64,000 nucleotides of DNA from sequence record KU935715.1, one strand, 5' to 3'. This document shows, in pieces, positions 30,148 through 40,820 of this stretch. Position 1 is the first letter of the stretch, and each line of letters opens with the position of its first letter. A model generated the notes under the pieces. That model was not told the origin of the DNA. It saw only the letters and a list, made by a program, of their open reading frames with translations, and made no database searches. The translations under genes were made by a program, and so were the position numbers. The stretch comes from Acinetobacter phage vB_AbaM_ME3.

Positions 30148-30747
30148 ATGCAGCAACTTCTAAAAGAAGTAGAGTATATAGACGGGGTGCAGGAATTCTT
30201 GGAAGAGAGTTATGTGACAGAATTGTTAAGTAAATCGGAGAACACATTCGTTCTCCCTGTATCTCCTGTAGAGAGTACTATAAGGTTTTCAGGAGATACA
30301 ACACTATTCAATAAACAAGTCTATAATGAAAAAGATTTAACTATAGAAGGATCTTGGTTTTTAGATGATAAGACATTAAAAATTAACCCAAACTATAGAA
30401 CAAGTGAGTACACATACACATATATCACTTATAAGAGAAAGTCTGATACTAAAAAAGAAGGGTTGTTTTCAGTAGACTACACAAACGGGTATTTATATAC
30501 ATCAACACCTATTAAAGATATTGTGATTGAATATAAATATGCTGTTCAGTACGTAGAAGGTCAGAAGATGACTCAAGTTAATCCTAATGAATATACTAAA
30601 GACACGCTATATAGTATTCCAACAGATGAAAGAACAAGATTGAGTTTTCTTTATCAAGTTAAGAATAAGTCAAACAACAACAAGACAAAAGAGTACTATG
30701 AAAATGGGAAAGTGTCTTTAGTAACACTAGGTGATAAAGATGAGTGA
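30148..30747 (+). CDS. hypothetical structural protein (199 aa)
   Basis: Intact ORF. Confidence 0.3.
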   Translation: MQQLLKEVEYIDGVQEFLEESYVTELLSKSENTFVLPVSPVESTIRFSGDTTLFNKQVYNEKDLTIEGSWFLDDKTLKINPNYRTSEYTYTYITYKRKSDTKKEGLFSVDYTNGYLYTSTPIKDIVIEYKYAVQYVEGQKMTQVNPNEYTKDTLYSIPTDERTRLSFLYQVKNKSNNNKTKEYYENGKVSLVTLGDKDE

Positions 30748-32302
30748 AATAGATAACAAGTTTTTCTCCACTTCTTATGGATCTATAGTAGAGAAAATAG
30801 AAGATGTGGATTTAGAAACTAATAAAGGAAGAAGAGAATTAGAGCTTCTTATTAAGAATAAATTTGAGGAGAATGAAAGTTTAGTAGAAGGGACTGAAAA
30901 AAGAATCGTAACAATAAATGACACGATTAAAGAAAATATAGACAAATTACAATATAAAATTAATAAAGTCGTTGAAAAGGTTAGAGGAGCGATAGTAGCT
31001 GAAAGAGGAACTACAGGTACAATATATACAACACAGATACCAATAAACAAACAACAAACGACAAACAAGACAACAACACGAATAGAAGATAATGTAGCCT
31101 TTGGAGTCCCTCTTGATTCTGAAGAATACTCTAGTACTCTTAATCTATTAAGTCTTAAGAATTTAACATTTACTAATTTGTATATTTCCTCATTAAATAA
31201 AGTAAGTACTGATAAATTAGAGAATTTTGTAATTTCTCCTAAACTTCAAACAAACCTACCTATTGAATTTACAATCAATTTAACAGGTTTAATAAGAACT
31301 TCTTCTTCATTAGTATTAGATATGGAAGAACATGGAATTATAGAAATATATAAAAATGGGAGTCTATGGAAAGAAAAATCTTTAATTAAAACCATAGTGA
31401 TTCCAGTTGATATTAATACTGTTTCTATTTCAATTCGTTCATACCCTTCTATACACAGAACAAATAGTTTGAAATTTAATAAAATTGGTTATACAGAATT
31501 AATATATGATTCTACTACATTGTTTGAAAGTAAAAACATAAATATTAATAAATCTCTATATCAATTAGCTATAGATACATGTGATAACAGTAATGACACA
31601 GCTATTCAAATTGATTACTATGTATCTATAAATGATGAGCCATACGAAGCTTTCGCTCCTGTCTCTAAAACTGATGCATTATTTAAACAAGCAATCATTA
31701 CATTAGACAAGACACAAGTCTTAACAATGTATCAGTCACCAGCAATTAAAATTAGTGAAGGTAATTATAGATTTGATATTCCAAATAATCTTCAAACTAA
31801 TTTAATAAATAAGCATGATGTCTATCTTAGAAATTATAAGAAGCTAGGAACAACTGAACTAACAATTGTTACTAAAAAAGATATAGAATTAAACACATTA
31901 GCAATAACTCAAAATACTGCTTACAAACTATATATTAATGACAAAGAAGTAACATCTGAAACATTTAATTTATATGTAGGTATTTCTAAGATAGTAGTGA
32001 TAGATAGTAATAAAGCTATAAAACCTTTAAACTTATCTTATCTTGAAACTCTTATAGGAGAAGAAAACATATACATTAGAAAACTAACTAAAGAGTTATT
32101 CACTGATTCTATTACTGGAACTAAGTACATCAGTTTAACAGTACCTGAGTTTCAAGATAGTTTTTTAAAAGAAGGTTTAGTGTTTTTCCCAGGAGTTAAA
32201 CCTAAAAAACAAATAAACACTTTAAAAATAAAAGCAGAACTAAAATCTTTAGATAAAAAGACAGTTCCTTTTATTTCTAGGATATTAGTAAGAGGTATTT
32301 AA
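30731..32302 (+). CDS. hypothetical structural protein (523 aa)
   Basis: Intact ORF. Confidence 0.3.
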   Translation: MIKMSEIDNKFFSTSYGSIVEKIEDVDLETNKGRRELELLIKNKFEENESLVEGTEKRIVTINDTIKENIDKLQYKINKVVEKVRGAIVAERGTTGTIYTTQIPINKQQTTNKTTTRIEDNVAFGVPLDSEEYSSTLNLLSLKNLTFTNLYISSLNKVSTDKLENFVISPKLQTNLPIEFTINLTGLIRTSSSLVLDMEEHGIIEIYKNGSLWKEKSLIKTIVIPVDINTVSISIRSYPSIHRTNSLKFNKIGYTELIYDSTTLFESKNININKSLYQLAIDTCDNSNDTAIQIDYYVSINDEPYEAFAPVSKTDALFKQAIITLDKTQVLTMYQSPAIKISEGNYRFDIPNNLQTNLINKHDVYLRNYKKLGTTELTIVTKKDIELNTLAITQNTAYKLYINDKEVTSETFNLYVGISKIVVIDSNKAIKPLNLSYLETLIGEENIYIRKLTKELFTDSITGTKYISLTVPEFQDSFLKEGLVFFPGVKPKKQINTLKIKAELKSLDKKTVPFISRILVRGI

Positions 32303-32303
32303 T

Positions 32304-32753
32304 ATGGCAATTAAAGAAGATTATTTTGATGGAGATGGTGTTAACACAGTATTCAAAACATCTCTTAACTATGCTATAAATACAGTGACAGCGTTTTTAG
32401 TAGGTGATACTAGTATTACACCAGTTACTGTTCAAACACTTGGAGAAGGATATATTGTACTAGATGTACCTCCTATGATAGGAGAACGATTAAAAATACA
32501 ATATACAATAGAAGGTACTCTTCCTACAGATAATAAAGAAGAGTATGACATTAAGAAGAGGATAGTTGAATTAGAAAAGGCTGTTAAAGCTCTACATGAA
32601 ACTAATATCGCTTTAACTCAAGCTTTAAATAATCGAATTAATATTTCAGCATTTCAAGCTTGGACAAGGTTAATTGAAAAGAAATTAGGAATAACGTTAG
32701 TAGATAAAAACTTAGGTTACATCAGCCAAGAGTTATATACATCAGATAAATAA
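32304..32753 (+). CDS. hypothetical protein (149 aa), last gene of the + strand module
   Basis: Intact ORF; its 3' end overlaps the 3' end of the convergent - strand ORF 32717..33412. Confidence 0.3.
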   Translation: MAIKEDYFDGDGVNTVFKTSLNYAINTVTAFLVGDTSITPVTVQTLGEGYIVLDVPPMIGERLKIQYTIEGTLPTDNKEEYDIKKRIVELEKAVKALHETNIALTQALNNRINISAFQAWTRLIEKKLGITLVDKNLGYISQELYTSDK

Positions 32754-33412
32754 GTAATAGATTCATTTTGTTCATCTATTTGATTTAATCGTACCATCTC
32801 TTTTTCCTTATTTAGTGTACTTGGATCATTACCATTTAAAAGAGTCTCAGATTCTAACATCGCATAATAAAGACAATGAGGAAAATGAGTATCAAAAAAT
32901 GTGACATAAGACAAATTACTCCCTGAATCATATTTATTATGAATTTTAGGATAAAAATTTCTTACAGCTATAGCAAAAGCATCCTGATAATTTCTTAATA
33001 AGAATAACCAATGCTCTTTAGTTGTAAATATTCCAGCTTTTAAAGCAAATCTAATAAACATAGAATCATGATAACCATCATATAATCTCTGTAGGCATGT
33101 ATCTAAATCATGGTACAAACTACATAAATGGAGGAAAGCTAATTCCAGTCCAGTTTGATCTGTTCTGTATAGCTTTCCTCCTTTTTCTTTTAATAAGAAC
33201 TTAGGTTTAAAAATCCAACTATGAGGCTGGATGTCTTTATTATGAAAATCACTAAATTGAAACTTACTGTTATAATACGCCACATTAGCGTCTGTTACAC
33301 AATTAAGAGAATCAGTAATTAAATCAAAATTTACATTGGAATTATCAACTTTTCCTAAATTTTTATTACTAGAGACTTCTCTTCTAGGTAATTTATTAAT
33401 ATTCTGATTCAT
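32717..33412 (-). CDS. hypothetical protein (231 aa)
   Basis: Intact ORF; first gene of the - strand block. Confidence 0.3.
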   Translation of the reverse strand: MNQNINKLPRREVSSNKNLGKVDNSNVNFDLITDSLNCVTDANVAYYNSKFQFSDFHNKDIQPHSWIFKPKFLLKEKGGKLYRTDQTGLELAFLHLCSLYHDLDTCLQRLYDGYHDSMFIRFALKAGIFTTKEHWLFLLRNYQDAFAIAVRNFYPKIHNKYDSGSNLSYVTFFDTHFPHCLYYAMLESETLLNGNDPSTLNKEKEMVRLNQIDEQNESITYLSDVYNSWLM

Positions 33413-33662
33413 CAGTTACTTCTCCATTATATAAAGTAATGAATTGATTTTTCACAATAGGATAATCATCTACAAATAAAATATTAACTCCACCAGAAGA
33501 AGATAAACTTAATGTAATCTCAACATATTCTTTATCTGAACTTATGTAGAGTCTTTGTAGAATATCCATCAATTCATTATGAGAAAGACTATTCAATTCT
33601 TGTATAGAATCTCTATCTAAGTAATATCTAACTTTAAAAGTATAGACTTCTGAATCGTTCAT
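33396..33662 (-). CDS. hypothetical protein (88 aa)
   Basis: Intact ORF overlapping both neighbours. Confidence 0.25.
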   Translation of the reverse strand: MNDSEVYTFKVRYYLDRDSIQELNSLSHNELMDILQRLYISSDKEYVEITLSLSSSGGVNILFVDDYPIVKNQFITLYNGEVTDESEY

Positions 33663-33664
33663 AT

Positions 33665-35542
33665 TTATCCTAAATTAATAATATTACAGTTTTCTAAATT
33701 TGAAGTGTCTTTATGAGTAATTAAAATCATTTGATATCCACTTTGTGACATAGTGTCTAAAGCTTCAGTTATATCATTAGCTACTTCTACTGGAGAAGAT
33801 GCATCAATCTCATCGCCAATAAATAAAGGCAACATACCTAAAATAATACTTTGACCTAAAGACAATCTAAATGCTAAAGAAGATAAGTCTTTTTGAGCAC
33901 CACTTTTTAAGTTAATAGCAGATCCATCTACAATTAAATCATAAGTATCAGTAATCTCAATCTTAGTCATTACACCTTTAGTCATTGTATTTAAATAATT
34001 AGAAGAATGATGATTAATTAAAGGAATAGTTTCTTTTTTAATCTTATCCGTAATTTCATTAATTTCTTTAATCATTTTAACAACAATATCATGTTCTTCA
34101 GATAATACTAGATTCTTAGATTGAGCTTCTTCATACAAAGCTAATTGAGCTAGATAAATATCTTTTTCAGTCTTTAAAGCAATATACTCACTTCTAAGAG
34201 TTGCATTAGCTTGTTGTTCTACTAATAAACTATTAATTTTAGTTTGTATTTCTTTAATCTGATCTTCTACTGCTAAATTAAATTGAATAACTTGTTCATA
34301 AGAATCTTCAGCTTCTTTCCATCTCAGATATAAGTCAGAGGCTCTCTTAATGTTTGTTGTAAGCATCTTAGGAGTCCAGTCGTATAACTCATCTGATAAT
34401 AAACAATCTTCTTGTAGTAGCTTATTATGATCTTCTATAGCTTGTGCTAAAGTACTTTCAATATTTTTTATCTGCGTTTGAGTATCATCACTAAGATATT
34501 CCAAGTATAAACTTAAATCTTTAACAGAAAAACTATGTAACAAATGCGAAGAAGTTTTAATCTCAGATGTATCAAAAGTATGTTCGCACTTTGGACATGT
34601 TAATATTAAATCATCTAGAGAATTTACCATAACTTGATTTAAGGCAGCATTAACTTCTTTTACATCTAAAATTTTAGAAGTTAATAAGTCTTTATTAACA
34701 CCTTTTAACAAAGATCGTTTTTGATCTCTAAGACTATCAATAGTATCTAACAACTGAAAGTGAGTGTTAAGTTTTACAATTAAGGCTTCTTCTTGTTCTT
34801 TAGTAATTTGTGAAAGTTTTAAATCAACCTCTGACAAAGGACTAAGACGAGTAACTGAAGGCTTTTTAGTAGAACGAATTTGGTCTAATTCTGAATAAAG
34901 ATCTTTAAGAGCTGTATAGTCTTCTTTTAAATTATTAAGTAGTTCATCATAATCAATATCTAAATTCACTTTAGAAGAGATTTTTGGTTTTACAAGCATA
35001 TCCCTCAAAGTATCCATACCAACTTTTAATTCTTTTCTCTTAACATTTAGCCAATCTGTTAATTCCTTAGCATCCTCAATACCAGATACTTTATCAATAA
35101 ATTGAAGTCTTTTAGCTGGAGTTAATTCAGAGAAATATTGTAGTTTACCTTGTTGACAATAGTTACTTAATAGGTAGATATTATAATCATAGCCTAATAT
35201 TGAGATAATCTTATTATTAACAGTTGTAGTAGAATTAGCAATCTCTTTAAATACACCATTCTCTAATCTATTTAAAGAGGCATCGTTAGTTTTCCTCTTA
35301 ATCAAAAACGTATCATTTAAATAATTAAACTGTAACTCAACATATAAGCCTTTATAGGTAGTAGCCTTTCCTCGTAATGAACATGTCCCAAAGAAAGCAA
35401 AACCAATCATTTCAATTAATTCAGATTTTCCACTTCCATAGTTACCAATAATATAGTTACGACCAGGTTTAAAATCTACTCTAGTATCTTTATGAGCAAA
35501 AGAATTCTTAATGATAATATAATCTATTACTTGACTAGTCAT
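33665..35542 (-). CDS. SbcC/Rad50-like recombination ATPase (T4 gp46-like)
   Basis: Walker A GNYGSGKSE at the N-terminus, a long central coiled-coil, a CPKCEH zinc-hook-like CxxC motif, and a C-terminal signature region plus Walker B (LFIGDEIDA). Confidence 0.7.
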   Translation of the reverse strand: MTSQVIDYIIIKNSFAHKDTRVDFKPGRNYIIGNYGSGKSELIEMIGFAFFGTCSLRGKATTYKGLYVELQFNYLNDTFLIKRKTNDASLNRLENGVFKEIANSTTTVNNKIISILGYDYNIYLLSNYCQQGKLQYFSELTPAKRLQFIDKVSGIEDAKELTDWLNVKRKELKVGMDTLRDMLVKPKISSKVNLDIDYDELLNNLKEDYTALKDLYSELDQIRSTKKPSVTRLSPLSEVDLKLSQITKEQEEALIVKLNTHFQLLDTIDSLRDQKRSLLKGVNKDLLTSKILDVKEVNAALNQVMVNSLDDLILTCPKCEHTFDTSEIKTSSHLLHSFSVKDLSLYLEYLSDDTQTQIKNIESTLAQAIEDHNKLLQEDCLLSDELYDWTPKMLTTNIKRASDLYLRWKEAEDSYEQVIQFNLAVEDQIKEIQTKINSLLVEQQANATLRSEYIALKTEKDIYLAQLALYEEAQSKNLVLSEEHDIVVKMIKEINEITDKIKKETIPLINHHSSNYLNTMTKGVMTKIEITDTYDLIVDGSAINLKSGAQKDLSSLAFRLSLGQSIILGMLPLFIGDEIDASSPVEVANDITEALDTMSQSGYQMILITHKDTSNLENCNIINLG

Positions 35543-36648
35543 ACAGAATCCTTATAAGTTTTATCTAAAAATGTACTTAATATGTTATCTAAAAAATCAC
35601 TATGATTTGTGTTAGCTTCTTTAAAATTCTCTACCAATTCAATAAAAGAATGTTGAAACGTCTTAGTCTCATCTTCATTGATCTGTACAGTCTTATCTTC
35701 ACTTTGTTTTACAACAACCTTTCCTATGTTCTTATAAGTCAAACTAAGGCATTCAAAAGGTTCAGGAATTGTATCATCAGTATCTAATAAAATTCTAACA
35801 TTAGTATTTTTGAGACTGTCTTTATCTTTCTTTAATTTCTTTTCTAATTCACCAACTGTAGTAGTAAGGTATAAATCTCTTTCAGTATGCATTTCTTCAC
35901 TAAAAGCATAAGGCTGCATACTGCCAGTAACATAAATAGGAACACTATCTATAGAAGTTAAAGTAGGTTTATGTTCATGCCCAGTAACAACTAAATCAAA
36001 ATTCATTAGAATGCTTTTAGGAATATGGCGATCAATGAAGTGGTCACCACCAAAATTAGAGACTTCCCAATGACCAAAAGCTACTTTATACATCATATCT
36101 TTATACTTATAAAAGTTAGGCCTTTCTTCATCTAATGCCATAAATGGATTATAATGTGAGAAATATAATAAAAGATTTTTAGTAGCCTTAATAGGCTCCA
36201 TATAAGAAGAAACAATACTAATATTTTTAAATTTACTAGAATTTGTTAAAAAATATTTTTCTAATAACTGGAAACTACTAACTCGTGATGTATCTTTAGA
36301 CATATCATGATTTCCACTAAGAACTATATACTTAGTATTAGGATTCTCTTTACTAGCTTGCTCAATTGAGTCTATACAATAATTTAAGCAACTATTAGAT
36401 ACCCTTACTTTATCAAAGAGATCTCCAACAATGACACAGTAGTCTGCTTTTCTTTTAAGTAGATCTTGAAACTGATTCTGAATCATTTGCTCTCTTTCAC
36501 CTAATCGATGCTTGGGAACTCCAGTTCTAAATACTCTTCCTAAGTGAACATCACCTATTACACTTAAAGTAATCCCATCAATAACAAACAAAGGATTTCT
36601 CTTATCATTTGTTCTAATGTACCCTTTAATATAATTTTTTAATAACAT
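35539..36648 (-). CDS. SbcD/Mre11-like nuclease (T4 gp47-like), calcineurin-type phosphoesterase
   Basis: Phosphoesterase motifs GDVHLG, IVGDLFD, SGNHD and TGHEH, in order. Confidence 0.75.
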   Translation of the reverse strand: MLLKNYIKGYIRTNDKRNPLFVIDGITLSVIGDVHLGRVFRTGVPKHRLGEREQMIQNQFQDLLKRKADYCVIVGDLFDKVRVSNSCLNYCIDSIEQASKENPNTKYIVLSGNHDMSKDTSRVSSFQLLEKYFLTNSSKFKNISIVSSYMEPIKATKNLLLYFSHYNPFMALDEERPNFYKYKDMMYKVAFGHWEVSNFGGDHFIDRHIPKSILMNFDLVVTGHEHKPTLTSIDSVPIYVTGSMQPYAFSEEMHTERDLYLTTTVGELEKKLKKDKDSLKNTNVRILLDTDDTIPEPFECLSLTYKNIGKVVVKQSEDKTVQINEDETKTFQHSFIELVENFKEANTNHSDFLDNILSTFLDKTYKDSV

Positions 36649-36674
36649 ATTATTTAATTTTTACCAATATAATT

Positions 36675-36713
36675 ATGTTGAGTGAAATAACATAAAGTCA
36701 CTCCACTCAACAT
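36675..36713. terminator. imperfect hairpin in the ssb / sbcD intergenic region (possible terminator or attenuator)
   Basis: atgttgagtga ... tcactccactcaacat is an inverted repeat located between two same-strand genes. Confidence 0.3.
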
Positions 36714-36757
36714 ATACTTAATCTGTTAACTATTTAATGTAAATAATTTACAGCAGA

Positions 36758-37327
36758 TTAGAATGGTAAATCATCATCTGCTTGAGAATTAGCTGATGCA
36801 GTGTCTTCTCCAGCTTGAGCCCACTCATCCCCTCGACGTTCTACAGGAACTAAAGATTTAACAAGAATCGAATGAAGATAAGTATTCACTTGACCATTAG
36901 CTTTAGATTCACGAGTAGAAAAACGAAGATCACCAAAAGAACCGTTACCTACTAAAGTAGATGTACGATCTACTGGACGACCATCTTCAAGAAGATAAGT
37001 TTTAGGCCATGTCCAATCTGGAGTTTCTCTCCCATCGGGATAAGTAGCTTTTTGAGAGAAGCCGATAACATAATATTCATCATCTTCATTAGCAAACTCT
37101 TCTGGAGGATCGATTTTATACTTAGTACGGAACTCTTCTCCAGAGATCTCTTTGACTGTTTTATTAAGCTTTAACTTTTTAAATTCTTTAGCATCTGCTT
37201 TACTTAAACAGATAGTAACAGAGAATTTCTTAGTTAACCCAGTTGTATCAAATGGATCTTTTTGAGCTTCAGCGATTTTGGTATATAAAAAATAAACATT
37301 TTCTAATTTAACTAAATTTTGTGACAT
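36758..37327 (-). CDS. ssb: single-stranded DNA-binding protein with acidic C-terminal tail
   Basis: 189 aa. Gly-rich spacer, then the acidic tail ...ANSQADDDLPF, the hallmark of the bacterial-SSB C-terminal tail (E. coli DDDIPF). Confidence 0.7.
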   Translation of the reverse strand: MSQNLVKLENVYFLYTKIAEAQKDPFDTTGLTKKFSVTICLSKADAKEFKKLKLNKTVKEISGEEFRTKYKIDPPEEFANEDDEYYVIGFSQKATYPDGRETPDWTWPKTYLLEDGRPVDRTSTLVGNGSFGDLRFSTRESKANGQVNTYLHSILVKSLVPVERRGDEWAQAGEDTASANSQADDDLPF

Positions 37328-37446
37328 AATAATCTTTTCCTTAACTATGTGTGGCGTAATAGCCTATATTTTGAGTTAATTGTAATCTAAGCAAGATATG
37401 TTTTAAGAGACTCTTGCATCTCTTCATACGGGTAAGAATATGCATA

Positions 37447-37707
37447 TTAATGACACTCTGCCCAATTTGTTCCGACGATATATTCCATACCTAAAGGAAC
37501 TCGTAAATTTAAATCTAAACAAACTCTAAAGATCTCTTGATTAATAAATTGATCCATAGTATTTGATTCACAGAAATAGTATCCTTCCTCATTGTGGCCT
37601 ACAGAGCTACTATCTTTATATTCTTTAGAGGCTGCCTTAGCTTCCTTTTCATCATCATACATATGAATTTTGAAGAAATCTTCAGGACAGTCAAATTGTG
37701 CTTCATC
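37447..37707 (-). other. DNA polymerase exon 2 (motif C Asp-Glu and C-terminal tail)
   Basis: The reading frame is open back to 37737 with no start codon. Its sequence continues motif C (H|DE). Confidence 0.7.
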
Positions 37708-40700
37708 CAATTTTGTTATGGGTACGTCACACCCTTCTCATAGTTTCCTATGAGTTCAGACTATATCATAATCCTGATAATACAATATATCACAGGACTC
37801 CTATCGTTTTGGAGTTGAACGATTTATCTCCTACTCTACTCACTTCTACATTACTGTATGTTTTCGATAGTCGTTAGGCATTTAGAGCATATGCTCATTT
37901 AGCACGGGATTGGCATATGCATTAAATACACTTAGCTTTCCCCGTTTAGATAGGTTTTACAATACGAATTACTTCGTAAAGCCACTCTTATTAGACTAAT
38001 AATCTAATCGGATATTTCCGAATGGTACACAATCATTAAATAAACTTTTTTCTTTTCATCTTCTTCAGTATCAACTAAAGGATCACCTAGTATACCAAGT
38101 TCCTCAAGTCTTCTACAAACTCCAACAATAGTATATTTAACACAAATAGCTCCAGCAGATTGAAACAATAAGTTAATTAAACTATGTTGGCTTCTTACAA
38201 ATAATTTTCTACCATCAATACCAATAATGTATTGTTTACCAGTAGACTTCCAAAATGCTTCTACTTTATCTCTTAATTCTTTAAGGGCAGGTACAGCATC
38301 CCAATAAGCTAAGAACAATCGTTCTGACTCAGCTTTATTAATTCTTAACATCTTAGCTAATTTTGCGGCTTGCGCTCCGTACATACAAGCATAAGAGAAA
38401 GATTTGGCGTTATCTCTTGTAATATCTAACTTATTCGCATTGATACTATTACCTGTAACAGATACACAACTATGTCTACGAATAATAATATAACTAGAAG
38501 GTACAGTTACACACCATACATCTTCTTTTTCTACTTTCTCTTCAGTAATATCATTAACTGTAATTTTAAACCCATCTACATTTAAAGGAGGTTGATCCTT
38601 TAATAAAGATATAGATGTTTGATATAAGTTACTACCATTTAAATCTTTAACTATAAGAAAAGGAGAAGAGCCAGAAAGTCTTTCCATTAAAATTAAAGTA
38701 TTAATAAAATCATAATCTAACGATTGAACAATAAAACAAGATTCTTTTTTACTAAGACTAATAACTTTATCAATATTATCCTTAACAACTTGATAAGAGC
38801 TTTTCTCTAATGTTCTTTCATCATGCTCTAAGATACCATTAGCAGGAATAAAACAATTTAAATTAGTACTTAAATAATTCTTCAAATCTCTAGCTAATAT
38901 AGTGATATGGTTTTCAAGATCACGATTATATAAAACAACTCTATGATTTGCAGTAACACGTTGGCTAAGCCTATCAGTCACAATATTAATCATGACATCT
39001 TTATTAACACCTTTTATAATATCAGAAGGAGTTGTGTATGTAATAGTTTTAGTTTCACTGTTCCAATTAGCAACTAGTGATGTAGGAGTTATACTAGAGT
39101 GATCTACCCAACCATCTTTAGTCAGTATTTCTGTATCTAAAGATAAACAATGAATATCATTCGGCTTCTCCGCGATTAATGCCTCTGCTAAAGCTGCACC
39201 ATCTGAATACGGGAGAACATAATGACCCTGAATCCTTGCCTCTAATGAAGAGAAGTCAAAACCGAATTGTTTTCGGCCTGGACCACAAGAGAATAAGCTA
39301 CGCATACGGTCTCCCCCAGGAGAAGACACACGAGGAATATTACAAACAACTTTATGACGGTATCTACCGCCATTAGCACCTAATGTGTCAGCAGGCGTTC
39401 CTATTCGACCATTTTCCCTAACTTGACTAAGAAATCCTGTTAATGGATCCCCATCATCATTCTCTTTACTACCAGCAATAGAATTACGTCGATGTTTAAA
39501 TGTAAGATACTTTAATACATCTTCTACAAACTCAGCTTCTTTTCCTAAAGCTTTTAAGTTATCACAAATCTTTTTCTCAGTACCAATTCTTAACATAGGA
39601 CTAACAGGTACTTTAATACTGAATCCACCTTTTTGGGAAAGTAGGAAAGAAGCTAAAGCTCTTTCATCTTTTAATCCAAGAATATCTAATCGATGCTGCT
39701 TATAAGGTCCATTAAGAGTATTGTCAACATAACGAAGAATAGCTTCTTCCATTTTAGTTTCACTAAGTTTATGTTTTTTAGTATCTTTAGTTAGATCTCT
39801 TTCTTTCCACTCCATAGGATCCCATCCTAAGTCAAGTAAGAAAGCTTTAAGATAGTCTAAATTATCAATAGATCCAGGAATTAATTCCTTTAAACAAACT
39901 TCAGGATCAATAGGAAGAGGATATTCTCTACCCTCAAAAGTAACTATAGTTTTATCTTCATTTACTTCAGCTCCAATTCTTGTAATGAAGTTAAGCATAT
40001 GAGAAGACAAGTCTCCATTCTTCTTGATTTGAGTTTTAGGAGGTTGATACTCTTTAGCTTCCCCTTTATTAAGAGGACGAGGAGGTAAGATAGCATCTAC
40101 TTCAAGTTTAATCCTATCTAGAATCCCTTGAAAGTATTCCACAGCTTCTACAGCTTTTTCACTCTCAAAATGGAATCCTCTAAGCTCTTGAGACACAGTA
40201 AGAGACATGAGCTTAACTTCCATTCGATAAGCTTTTTCATATATCTCCCAGCCTTTATCACCCATTTCTTCTAATAAGGCAACATATATATTTGCTTGTG
40301 TAAGAGTATCTCCCTCACAATATATTACCATTTCTTCTGAATAGTTTTCAAAGTCATGGAAATCAATCTTAGGTACTCCTAGAGTTTTACCCCATGCTTC
40401 AACACTATGACCACCAAATCTATCTTGTTTTAAAAGTTTTGATAAAAGTAACGTATCAATAAATTTAATAGGTCGACCAAAGAGAGTATCTGTCTCTCCT
40501 TCATAACCTACACGATAATCAACAACGTTAAATAATTGAAGCATAACCATATCGTATGCAATACCATTATGAAAGATCAACTCTTCACAATCTTTTAAAA
40601 GTTCTTTAAGATTATCAGAAGTGCATTCATCTAATTTTAACGATATAACATCATCTTGATTATCAAAGTCCCTAATAGCAATACACCACAATCTTGCATG

Positions 40701-40820
40701 TGGCTTTAGTACCATAGGTTTTAAAGTGTAATCTAATAAGTGTTCTATGAAACCATTTGTTTCAATATCCAGAACAGCTCTTCGAAAACGTTTAGTCATA
40801 ATTTTCCTAAAATTGCACAA
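37447..40820 (-). CDS. family A DNA polymerase with 3'-5' exonuclease (T7 gp5-like), interrupted by an intein and a group I intron
   Basis: Exo I motif LDIETNG at the N-terminus; motif A DFSSLEARI; motif B RDNAKSFSYACMYG. Exon 1 ends ...MIVYH and exon 2 resumes DEAQFDCPEDFFKIH...VPLGMEYIVGTNWAECH, matching T7 ...HDEIQVGCRT...GPNWAICH. Confidence 0.85.
37708..38021 (-). mobile_element. ORF-less group I intron (about 314 nt) in the DNA polymerase gene
   Basis: The 5' exon ends in U and the intron ends in G. The conserved core is present: P-like ACGGGGAAAG pairing with Q-like AAUCCCGUGC (P4), R-like AACGACUA and S-like GAUAUAGUCU (P7), and a candidate IGS GUGG complementary to the exon end CCAU. 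Locally GC-richer than the flanks. Confidence 0.7.
38448..39149 (-). mobile_element. intein (234 aa) inserted in DNA polymerase between motifs A and B (after ...KPNDIH)
   Basis: N-terminal block A CLSLDTEILTKDGW; block B TANHRVV; C-terminal block ...EDVWCVTVPSSYIIIRRHSCVSVTGN followed by Ser +1. Extein continuity DIH | SINANKLDITRDNAK. No clear LAGLIDADG or HNH module. Confidence 0.7.

Noticed and set aside
32717-33662. ORFs 32717..33412 and 33396..33662 considered as one frameshifted gene, like the other split genes
   Set aside because: I found no homology linking the two translations, and a 17-nt overlap is common for co-translated phage genes. Without a homologue to bridge the frames, the split-gene idea is unsupported.
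37711-38003. GC-richer structured 290-nt gap considered as a tRNA or other ncRNA gene
   Set aside because: No cloverleaf could be drawn. The region is flanked precisely by the two halves of polymerase motif C and contains group I intron P4/P7 elements, so it is called an intron instead.
38004-38030. The '+C before GG' lesion pattern also seemed to occur at the polymerase exon 1 end (cat tc gga aat)
   Set aside because: Deleting the C there gives a nonsense continuation, whereas the intron model restores motif C and the T7-like C-terminus. This is an exon-intron boundary, not a frameshift.
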